Assembly (NCBI GenBank): GCA_963693365.1 | Contig: CAVNZM010000001.1 | Span: 18,586,783 to 18,650,782, forward strand | Length of the DNA: 64,000 nt | Source of the DNA: Amoebidium appalachense | Taxonomy: Eukaryota; Protista; Ichthyosporea | Direction of reading: 5' to 3' | Shown: positions 53,750 to 64,000 of the stretch, one piece after another | How the letters are laid out: each line of letters opens with the position of its first letter | Position numbering within the stretch: position 1 is the stretch's first letter | Notes under the pieces: model-generated | The model's input: only the letters and a program-made list of their open reading frames with translations | Told to the model about the DNA's origin: nothing | Database searches by the model: none | Translations under genes and position numbers: made by a program

Positions 53750-53925
53750 TCGGCGACCTACTGCCAAACACACACACACGACACACTCCACGAGCCCCCC
53801 CCCCCCCCCCCCCCCCCCCCCTCTCCCCCAACCCCACCCCCCACCGTTTTCTTCTTGCCCTTCCACCCGGACTTTTCACGTGACTAAAACCCCACGTTTG
53901 TTTCAAATCTGTTCACTGCTGCTGT

Positions 53926-53957
<32 letters not shown>

Positions 53958-54480
53958 CTTCCCTTCCAATCTGCCCATGGTGACGTGTAACACATCGTCC
54001 TGGTAGCGTAGTTGGTAGCACTTAGGTCTCATAATCCTAAGGTCGTGAGTTCGTAGGGCATTCTGTTTGCTCCCTCCCCCCCCCCCACTATCTCCCTCCC
54101 GCCACACACATCTCCCACCCGTATGATCCACTTCCGTTCCCCTTTACCCCCTCTTCCCCTCCCCCCGTCCCCCGCCCTGCCCCTCCCCCCCCCTCTGCAC
54201 GGGGGTCCCGCCCTTGCAATATTTTTTCAATCAACTACAAAGGAAAAAAAAAACAAAAAAAAAAAACGTAGGAATATCGTGCACGTTTGCGCATGCTAAC
54301 CGTGTTGTTGCTCTGCAGCGGCTCAAGGCTGTGCTCAAGGAAGTAGAGGAGTCCAAGCAGGGCATCATTCTGTTCATCGATGAGATCCACCTGTACGTGT
54401 CCACAAACCCCCCCCCTCCGTCCCCCCTCCCCCTCCGCTCCTGTCCCCATCACACTGTATTCATCACCCCGTCCCCCTAT

Positions 54481-54511
<31 letters not shown>

Positions 54512-54839
54512 CCCCGGCGCCCTCCCCCCCTTTTCACGGGGGCTTTCCCCGAGTGTTCACATAGTGCCATATTCATAGCTTCCTCGTCCCCCATGTTCCG
54601 TTGTAGGTTTTGCAGATTCTCGCCGTCAAATTTTCGTTAGTCCTGCAAGCTCATAATCGTACCACAGACTTGTACATTTACAAATGCATTTTACTCAAGA
54701 ACACCAACACACCGTTTTTTGCAAACAATCCTTCCATCTTCCCCCTTCACGCCCCCCCACCCCCCCCCCTCCCCCTGTACCTTTTTTCTCCTCCTTCCCA
54801 CCCCTCAAACCACCACCACCACCACCACCGCTCCCTTCC

Positions 54840-54902
<63 letters not shown>

Positions 54903-55049
54903 CGCGGACGTGTGCCTAGCCGCCTAAAACCCATGATATGCAAACATCTGCTTCTACACATCCCCAACCCTCCCTTCCCCCCCCCCCCCCCCTCCCCCCC
55001 CCCTTCCCCCCGCCCCTCCAAAAAAAAAAAAAAGAAAGAAAGAAAAAAA

Positions 55050-55104
<55 letters not shown>

Positions 55105-55594
55105 TAAAAAAAAAGGAAGAAGAGAAAATAATAAAATAATCAATTTGGTATGATGACGATATTGTCATTCCTCTCTTCACCCGTCACCCCCACATTCTAT
55201 TCCCTAACCCTCTTTCCTTCTTAGGGTTGTTGGAGCAGGCAAGACCAGTGGCTCCATGGATGCAGCCAATCTCCTTAAACCCATGCTAGCACGGGGCCAG
55301 CTGAGGTGCATAGGGGCCACTACTCTGGGGGAGTACAGAAAGTACATTGAGAAGGACGCGGCTTTCGAACGCAGATTCCAGCAGGGTACGTGTTACTAAC
55401 CCCCCCCCTCCCCCCCCGCTCCCCTTCCCCTCCACCCCCTTGCCTCCCGGGTTCCTCCCCTCACCTCTGTCCCTCATTGATTATTGCTTTTTCTTCCCTC
55501 CCCCCCTCCCCTCCCCCTGCCACACACAAATAAATAGACACACAAGTCAGCATATTGCGGAAGTGTGACAATGGCTAAAACACCCTCCCCCCCC

Positions 55595-55633
<39 letters not shown>

Positions 55634-56187
55634 CACACACACACACACACACACCACCACCACCACCACCACCACCACCACCATCACCATAACTGATCAA
55701 AACAAAAGAAAAAAAAAAAGGGGGGGGGGGGGGGGGGGTATTTCCTTCAATTTATGCTCTGCCCCTTCTGCTTCACTATTCCTCCGTCCCTCCCCGTCCT
55801 CTTTTATCCCCCCCCCCCCCCTTCCCCCCCCCCCCCCCCCCCCTTTCCCCCCATCCCCCCCCCCCCCCCTCTTCCCCACCTCCCCCACCCCCTTCCTTTT
55901 TTCCCTCCCTTTTCTCATTCTACTCTCAATGCTCATTATCTCTCTTCATCTTCTCCTCATATCCATAAATTAATAATACTGACCCACGTAATCCCTCCCC
56001 AGTGTACGTCACGGAGCCCAGCATCCCCGACACTATCAGTATACTTCGTGGGCTCAAGGACCTCTATGAGGCCCACCACGGTGTGCGCATTTTAGACTCG
56101 GCCCTGGTCACGGCAGCACAGCTGTCCGGCAGATACATCACTGGCCGTTTCCAACCGGACAAGTCTATTGATGTGTATGTGTTCAAG

Positions 56188-56223
<36 letters not shown>

Positions 56224-56387
56224 AAAAAACCAAAAAAAAAAAAAAAACATCTTCAACGCCGCCAACGCCACTCCCATTCGTGGACACGAGCCACTGCCAC
56301 CCCCCCCCCCCCCCCCCCCCCCCCCCCACGAGCATTTCTGACCTAACCTTTGCAGCCTGCATAGCCTCCCCTCCCCCCCTTCCCCCC

Positions 56388-56418
<31 letters not shown>

Positions 56419-56733
56419 ACACGCACACACCACCACCACCTCCATAACCCCCAACCCTTACCTCCCCTTCATCGTCTAGAAGCTCCTGCTAGACTTCTCT
56501 TTTACACAGCCATGACCTGTCCACTTAATCCTTATCCTGACCATTCATTTCCAATATTCTCTGTCTGCAGAATCGATGAAGCATGTGCTAGCCGTACGGT
56601 GCAACTTGAGAGTCGGCCGGAGCAGATAGATGTGTTGGAGCGCAGACGCATGCAGTTGGATGTGGAGGCACGGGCACTGAAGAAGGAGAAGGATACGGCC
56701 AGCAAGCAGCGCAGGCAGAAGGTGTGTACGTGT

Positions 56734-56764
<31 letters not shown>

Positions 56765-56795
56765 GGGGGGATGGGTGTGTGTGTGTGTGCGCGTG

Positions 56796-56826
<31 letters not shown>

Positions 56827-56894
56827 GATGAGGAGAGAGTGTGGATCACATGGGTGATCGTTTTCAGATATCCAGCGGTGTGTGTGTGTGACAC

Positions 56895-56963
<69 letters not shown>

Positions 56964-56974
56964 ACACGGTTGTG

Positions 56975-57011
<37 letters not shown>

Positions 57012-57727
57012 CGCGCGCACGCGCGTGTGTGCGTGCTTTTTTTTCTTTTTTTTTTCTGGCGGGGCGGGAGAGGGGGGGGGGGGGGGGATGGGGAGGTCTG
57101 GGGAGGTGGCAAGGAAGGAGAGAGGGGGCGGGCAAGGAGAGAAATGGGGGGGCAGAGGGGAGAGGGAGAGAGAGGGGAAGGGGCTTGTTTATATGTTATG
57201 TGAACCTGTAAATGCCTTTTCATGTAGCCTAAATACTAACCCTTTTTTTTCGCTACCAATCAGATCAAAGAAGATCTGGCCCAGATCGAAACCGAACTCA
57301 AGCCGCTATTGGAGCAATACGAGAAGGAAAAGTCACGTGTTGGTGAGAGCAAAGAGTTGTCGATCAAGGCGGAGCAGATACGTGCAAAGATGGATGCGGC
57401 AGAAAGGGCGGGAGATCTGCAACGATTGGCTGATCTGAAATACTATGCGCTGCCTGATGTCGAACGTAGGCTTAATGAATTGCGCAAGCAGGTATGTTAC
57501 TGTGTGTGTGTGTTTAACAGTGTTAAGTGCCTGGGGGTGTTGGTAGTGGTGGGTGGTGCATACGTGGGAGTTGGCGTAGTGTGATAGGGTTGATGGTGTG
57601 GGCAAGTAATAGTGCACCCTGTGGTGTTGGTATATGCACACAAAGAGGAAAACGACACAAATTGCCTGCTCCATTCTAAGGAAGAGCTCAATTTATGTGC
57701 ATTGACCCCATTTTTTTATTTCTTGAT

Positions 57728-57758
<31 letters not shown>

Positions 57759-59068
57759 CTTCCTATATCCTCTCCCCCTCCCCCCTCTATAGGGCCATCC
57801 TCACCCTTCATCTGCTGCCTCCCGCCTTAACCCTCTCCACCTTCCCCCCCACTCGACCCACACTACCCCACCCCACCCCACCCTGTTTGTCCTTCACCAT
57901 AGTCTATTCATAAATCGTGACCAAAATACACAATGACAAACACAAGAAGTGTTCAGTCACCATTTTGTTCAGTCACCATTCCCTCAGACTAATCACATTT
58001 CATCTTTTCTCCTACAGGAGGAAACAGCCAGCCAGGAACGGGGGATGCTCTCCGAGGTAGTCGGGCCAGAGCAGATCATGGAAGTGGTCAGTAGGTGGAC
58101 CGGCATTCCTGTCTCCAAGCTCAACCAATCACAACGCGAGAAAGTTCTAAATTTAGCCGCAAACCTACGCAAGCGCGTAGTGGGCCAAGACGAAGCCGTC
58201 GAAGCCGTTGCCGACGCGATCTTGCGATCCAAATCGGGAATGTCGCGGCCCAATCAGCCGACGGGATCTTTTCTATTTTTGGGGCCTACTGGTGTGGGTA
58301 AGACCGAATTAGCCAAGGCTCTAGCCTTTGAGCTCTTTGATGATGATAAGCACGTGGCACGGTACGACATGAGTGAGTACATGGAGCAGCACGCAGTCGC
58401 ACGACTGGTATGTGTCTAAAGTGCCCCCCTCCCCCTCCCGAAATTTTTTGGTTGTCCGACTTTTTTTTATACCTTAAACCCCTCCCCCCCCCCCCCCCTT
58501 TCCCTCCCTTTGGTATTTTTGCTTTTCATTGTTCTGAGTTGTTTTTTCATTCCGCAACCCCCCCCCCCCCCCCCCCCCCCGTCCACCCGCCCCTCCCCCT
58601 CCCCTCCCCCGGGGTCCCCCAACTCCCCCCGTCTTTACTGCCCACTGTTGAAATCCTTTTCCTACGTCGCCTGTCTTCTACTCTCATTCTCTCCTTTGCT
58701 GTGTGCAGTGAGTGACTCCTCCCCCCCAACCTTCCCCCCTCCCCCCTCCCGCCCCCGTCTTCCACTCTCCCGTCACCCCCCCCCCCCCCCCCTCCCCCAC
58801 CCGGCCCCCCCTTCAGCCCCCCCTCCACACACACCTACTCACCCCTTTATCTCCCTTTTCCCTCTTGAGTTCTCCCCATTTAGAATACTAACCACATATG
58901 TACACACAGATCGGAGCACCCCCCGGCTATGTGGGGTACGAGGAGGGAGGCCAGCTCACAGAAGTAGTGCGCAGGCGACCCTACCAGGTGGTCCTGTTTG
59001 ATGAGGTTGAAAAGGCTCATCCAAGGGTGCTCAATGTCCTGCTGCAGGGTACGTCTTACAGTCCAAAT

Positions 59069-59102
<34 letters not shown>

Positions 59103-59722
59103 CCGCCGCCGCCGCCTTCCCTGGGGGACCCTTAGCCACCCCACCAATTCATCGCCCACCCAAGCTCTGCCCCCTGTTCCCTGCCCTGTATCCCCTAGTT
59201 GAATGTACCCAGATATTTTACACACTATTCATGTTATGGTGTAATTGTGGGTGAGTAGAACCACCACATATAGCCGCTCACCTGCCATGCCTTCTCCCCC
59301 CCTCCTCCTCCCCTCCGTTTCCCCCTCCCATTTCTCCCGGCCACCCCGGAACCCCCCCCCCCACACACATACCATCTCCTCCCCCTCCCCCCCCCCCCCC
59401 CTTCCTTCCCCTCGCCCACAACACACACAAATCACTAAATCACATACATCACACCCACACATCCTCACCTCCAATTTCCCCGCCACAGTTTTGGATGACG
59501 GTCGTCTTACGGACGGACAGGGTCGTGTAGTTGATTTCAGCAACACCATCATCATCCTCACCTCCAATCTTGGTGATAGCCACCTGCTGGCAGGCACTGA
59601 CGGTCAGGTGCCCCCCGGTGCACGTGAGCTGGTCGTGCAGCAGGTGAAGAACCACTTCAGACCGGAGTTTCTCAACAGACTCGACGATGTACGTGTAAAC
59701 CCCATGTCCTCCCCCTCCCTCC

Positions 59723-59755
<33 letters not shown>

Positions 59756-60064
59756 CTCCTTTCCCTACCCCTCCCCACCCCCCACACGCACACACACGCA
59801 CACCTCCTTTCCCTCCCCTCCCCCCCCCCCCCCCCCCCCGTCCCCTCTTCAAATCTGTGCGGAAAGAAAAAGGAATAAGGAAAGAAGGGAAAGTAGGATG
59901 AAGACTGATACACGCGTATATGCATAACTTGAATGCACGTGCACAAATATATTCTTATTTGAAGCGACCGCCACACACAAATGCATGTTGCATGCCTAGA
60001 AATGGGCATGGGTGGGAAAGAGGAAACGTTCAGAGGAACGAGCAAAAGAAGAAAGTGTTGAGCC

Positions 60065-60098
<34 letters not shown>

Positions 60099-60662
60099 CG
60101 CCCCGGCACTGCCCCCCGCATAGGGAAGAAGAAGAAGAAAAAGAAGAAGAAGAAGAAGAAGAAAGGAAGACACTCCTTGAGACACACATGACTGTGAAGA
60201 TAAGTACATAGGTTTGAAAGATGAGTACTACTGGTAGAATGCAATATATAGGTGTTTCCGTTTTGGTTTTTACGTTTTCCTGTATCTGACCAATCACCAC
60301 CACAGATCGTCATCTTTAACCCATTGAGTCCCACCAACCTCCGCGACGTCGCCCGCCTCCTCACCTCAACCCTTTCCGAATTGCTCTCCGACAAGAACAT
60401 CACCCTCGACGTTAAAGACTCCGCCCTAGACTTCATCGTAGAGGAGGCCTATGACCCCATGTACGGGGCACGTCCTATCCGCAGGTATATCGAGCGTACT
60501 TTAACAACTACGCTCAGTCAGATGATTATTGCAGGCCAGGTGGCGGATGGTGATACGGTGACGGTGGAGGCGGTAGGGGGGAAGTTGGTGTATGCAACCT
60601 TAAAGGGGATCATTGGGGGATATGAGGATGCGGTGCCCGGCAGCAGTATGGATGTGGATTGA
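51164..60662 (+). CDS. HSP104: Cytosolic Hsp104/ClpB AAA+ disaggregase, 13 exons, ~880 aa
   Basis: Exons 51164-51391, 51895-52207, 52661-52747, 53383-53525, 54319-54392, 55225-55385, 56003-56174, 56571-56721, 57264-57491, 58018-58407, 58910-59048, 59489-59688, 60306-60662; all GT-AG and phase-consistent. Motifs [42 protein letters not shown], middle domain [47 protein letters not shown], and acidic end SMDVD. No organellar presequence. Confidence 0.98.
53333..53382 (+). repeat. Exact 25-bp tandem duplication of the branch point plus 3' splice site of HSP104 intron 3
   Basis: ACTAACACACACATAATCCAATCAG at 53333-53357 and 53358-53382. Confidence 0.95.
53997..54060 (+). pseudogene. Elongator tRNA-Met(CAT) pseudogene lacking the 3' half of the T arm, in HSP104 intron 4
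   Basis: GTCCTGG TAGCGTAGTTGGTAGCAC T TAGGT CTCATAA TCCTA AGGTC GTGAG TTCG then TAGGGCA. The D arm/A box, CAT anticodon arm and acceptor ends are present, but about 9 nt after GTTCG are missing. Confidence 0.8.
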
Positions 60663-61249
60663 GGTCTAAGGCGACAAGTCGACGATTACGATTCGGGACG
60701 TGACCGCGGGTTGAAGTCGGGTTAAAGGTCATGTGGGCGGCAGATTTGATGATATTGAATTTGCCTACATATGGCAAGGTTTTTTTCAAAGTTTTGTTTA
60801 GTGATTTTTTTGGGGAGTTGTGCATTTGACATATAGAGAAATTGTAGAGAAATATGAACCTTGGCGTTGTGAGAACCAACATCTTTGAGATTTGTGTGTG
60901 ATGAGAGGTGGTGGACTAGGTGATGTGTTAGGAGGTTATAATATGACATGAAGAGAGAATGGTGCGACTCTGAAATGTGTTTGTAGAGTTGTGGATATAT
61001 GAAGGCAACTTGCTCTCGATGATATGGTGGTGTCTCGGATATAATATCAGATTTGAGGCTAGTATATTAATTTATTGGACTACTGAATTGTTTGTTGATA
61101 GACTGGCTTTATGGCCTCTCTACTAGGCTTCCCGGGTCCGGGTTTACTATGGTTATTATTGCTATTATTGTTACCTATGTAATTATCATTGTTACTAATA
61201 TTAGAAGGCTTGTATTGTTAGTATTAGAATTTTTCTGGTATTATTATTA

Positions 61250-61402
61250 ACTATGAAGACTATATGATTGACTTATTTCCCCTCATATTTCATCCCAATA
61301 TTTATTGAATAAAAAAAAGTAGGAATATATGATGAATTATATTGGTTAGTTTTTATGAAAACTATATGATTAACTTGCTTCCCCTCAAATCATATCCAAA
61401 TA
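61250..61402 (+). repeat. Imperfect direct duplication (~100 bp period) in AT-rich DNA
   Basis: TATGAAGACTATATGATTGACTTATTTCCCCTCATAT versus TATGAAAACTATATGATTAACTTGCTTCCCCTCAAAT. Confidence 0.75.
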
Positions 61403-61423
61403 AATGATGAAGAAAGCGGGTTA

Positions 61424-61950
61424 TCAGCACGTTTTTAAGGGTACCATTGTGTGAAAATCACATAAATACTCAATGTGACAACCAACAGAATTCAACAAAA
61501 AGTCTAAAGTGGTCACATTGCCAGCCAGTGTAGCAGACACCCGTAGGGAAAGAGGTAAAACGCGACATAAAAACTCACACCTATCAACATGCTTGCGATT
61601 AAAAGGTTCAGCACAAAAGTGGCACCAGCGGCGATGAAAACAAAAATTACAATGCCACAGCACAACTTCCCAGGCAATATCAACATCAGAGCACCATACA
61701 GACTTATCTACTAGGGTGGTATCTATACGTACAGCAGGAGAAATATATCCTGCCAAAGCTCCCAAAAAGCGATAATGATCAGTACGGTGTTGCCTAAGGA
61801 ACATAACACATGCCGACTGAGTTTTACCTTTGATTTCTCTATCAGAACGAGAAAGAAACTTACTATGCTTATGGTAATAACGCGAGTTATTTAGAAATTC
61901 GAAGACTAGCTTATTTAGCTGGCACGTACTGACGGTGCTTGGGCTGCTAT
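61424..61950 (-). mobile_element. Third diverged non-LTR retrotransposon 3' remnant
   Basis: ..ISPAVRIDTTL..VVLWHCNF..CHFCAEPFNRKHVDRC..TTLDFLLN. The frame stays open ~150 nt upstream of the annotated ATG, consistent with a 5'-truncated ORF2. Confidence 0.6.
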
Positions 61951-62773
61951 GAACTTTTTCCTTACACTCTCGCGACCGCGAGCATGCTTTCTCTCGAGGC
62001 GGCTCTACGGTCCCGAGAGTCCAGTGTTTGCTGTGTGTGAAGGAAAAATACGAGTCACCTCAGTAGGTGACAGCCTATTTAGATAATGGTTATTTTTTAT
62101 TTTTTCTCTTTGAGTCTCCGTATCCGTGAGTAGGGGTTGTTGTGTTTTCTTCTCTGAGATATCTGTGATATCTCCGGCTTACTTCTCTTTCTTGAGCATA
62201 TCAATAAGATCATTATAAAAAAAATTTGGAAAAACTTTTTCTTTTGACTCGGTTTTATTGATCCGTTGATGAAGGCAACGTGCAGCCACAGGCTACATAA
62301 CCACCAATAGAACTGAAAAAGCCAAAGCTACGAAATAAAAATAAAGCGACAAGTGACAAAGGACACCAGCGGGCAAAACCCTAAGTGTACGTGTATGCTT
62401 GAAACTAGTTTGCTCCAACTAGTCATATGCATCGATGTTGACCAGACCACACTCCGCAAGAAGACATCATTACTGCTGCTTCCCAACAGGCCCCCCTCAA
62501 AACCTACCGAGGCACAGCAAGCAAGTCAGCCTCTAAAAGAGCAATGCAGACCAAATCTGAGCTAAAAAACAAATCCCAATGGGTCCGGCCCCTAGATAAC
62601 CCGGAGAAACTGCATCTAGCTCTCTGATAAGGTGGCCTAGTTGTGGCAGGACACACAGAAAAACACAATTACAGAATGCATGCAAGGAAACCCGGTCATT
62701 GCCATACGACTGGAGGCTAAGAACTGGCAGTCACTTGGAAAGCTCCCCGACGACCAAGTAGCCGCCCCTCCAC

Positions 62774-63884
62774 TCACGCAGCGCAGAAGTAGCTGAAGAA
62801 GTTGCAGCAGCCCACCGCCAATAGGTCGCGTAGAAGCGTAGACAGCGGGTAGAAGTTGCCATAGGTTGCAGTGGACCACCAGGCGTTGAAGAAACCACTT
62901 CTCAAGCGAGAAACTCCGCGAAAGGGAGATGCCCCCACACTCTCACAGCAGTAGGAATACACCAGGTCACACCACACATATGCTGCAGTCACGTTCCCCT
63001 GAGTGGGACTCCCTCCCACCACAAAAAGAAGAAACGAAGCCTTTATATACCTGCCATCGTGAAGAATCGGGGAAAAAAGTTGACGTGACAGCTAAGAGAT
63101 CGAAGTGAAAGTGAAGTAAAAACGGGGGTTTGACATTTTTCTGATGAAGGCTGCATTCTTTTGGGTGCCTTCTAAGCCAATCATCTGGGGATAGATAAAA
63201 CCACTTGCCACAGTTTATGTTTTCTGCGATGTTCAATGGGCGGCTGGGGGCAAGGGGCACACACACACACACACACGCACACGCATAGGCACAGTGTGCA
63301 CGTGAAACCCGTACACGTGTCGGTGATTGGGTGCAATAGGAACCGGTCAAGCTGGCTGTTGAAGTTACAAGAAAGGGACTTGCGCAAAAAGCAGGTACAG
63401 CCGGAGATTTTGGTCAAGTGTTGCAACTCAGTCTTTCTTTCTTTCTTTTTTTTTTTGGCCTCCACACGTAAATTGCCAAGGACAATACTATTGTGCCTTG
63501 CGCTTGGTGCAAACACAGAAATACTACTACTGTTGTAGAACATGCACAGTTTCGAAGTCCATTCAGCCTTGTATACGCTTTTGTTTCTTCTGTTTGAGGC
63601 AAACATGTCTTGTCGCTAGCTGATTCTGCTAAGCTGCCATGGAAAACGCAGCAGACCTTCAGGTGCGGCTGGGCCACCAGACATTCCGTAGCAATACAAA
63701 ACATGGAGTTCCCAAAATATTTTTTCCCAGACCCCTTGACAACTCTTTCTTTTTGCAGGTGCAGGTATACGGCCTGGCCGTTCGAAAGCACCATGACGTC
63801 CAAAGAGGACGCAGACAAGCTCCTCACCCCGGTAGGCTGCGTTTTCCCTGGTCTATTTGTAAAAAAAATGTCCTCAAGTTGCAC
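62774..63884 (-). pseudogene. Cys-rich broken reading frames, possibly a decayed Kyakuja-Dileera-Zisupton (KDZ)-type transposase N-terminal region
   Basis: Complex protein-like frames 63414-63884, 62967-63240 and 62774-63022. The last (AYVW..VYSYCCESVG..F.G...RSGFFN....FYPLSTLLRDLL....FFSY) resembles CxC clusters upstream of KDZ transposases as I recall them. No catalytic domain seen. Confidence 0.3.
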
Positions 63885-64000
63885 TGATTCACGAAGTTGC
63901 TATTAAAATGGACCGCACAAGGAAGTTTAAAACATTCAAAACATTCTCTCCTTGGTGCCCCTCGGCGCCTTTCTTGTTTTTTCCCTCACTGTCTATTTAT

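Noticed and set aside
59460-59568. 16-nt CATCCTCACCTCCAAT present both in HSP104 intron 11 and 93 bp downstream in exon 12
   Set aside because: Short and C-rich; may be a small templated duplication but has no evident consequence.

Overview
Eukaryotic nuclear DNA with GT-AG introns, CTRAY branch points and an extreme load of simple repeats: poly-C/poly-G runs up to ~83 nt, (CA)n/(GT)n and (CT)n. Almost all ORFs in the supplied track are artefacts of these repeats. I assembled six protein genes by hand with consistent exon phases: MED6 (11 exons, three tiny), SURF4/Erv29, an intronless BTB/POZ + SPRY-like gene, a mitochondrial-type PP2C (PPM1K-like), a ~936-aa type I membrane protein with a ZP-module-like architecture, and cytosolic Hsp104/ClpB (13 exons). 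Animal-like MED6/SURF4/PPM1K together with a cytosolic Hsp104 suggests a non-animal opisthokont, possibly a unicellular holozoan (inference only). Non-coding highlights: (1) a dispersed ~250-270 bp element (5 clear copies plus fragments) with a fixed 3' end running into poly(C), variable 5' truncation and compensatory base changes supporting a pseudoknotted RNA fold; (2) introns whose two halves carry nested complementary microsatellites and whose acceptors are (CA)n-AG with no pyrimidine tract; (3) three diverged 3' remnants of a non-LTR retrotransposon type; (4) a damaged tRNA-Met in an Hsp104 intron; (5) a possible decayed KDZ-type transposase at the right end. No database searches or folding computations were run; family assignments rest on motifs I recognise.
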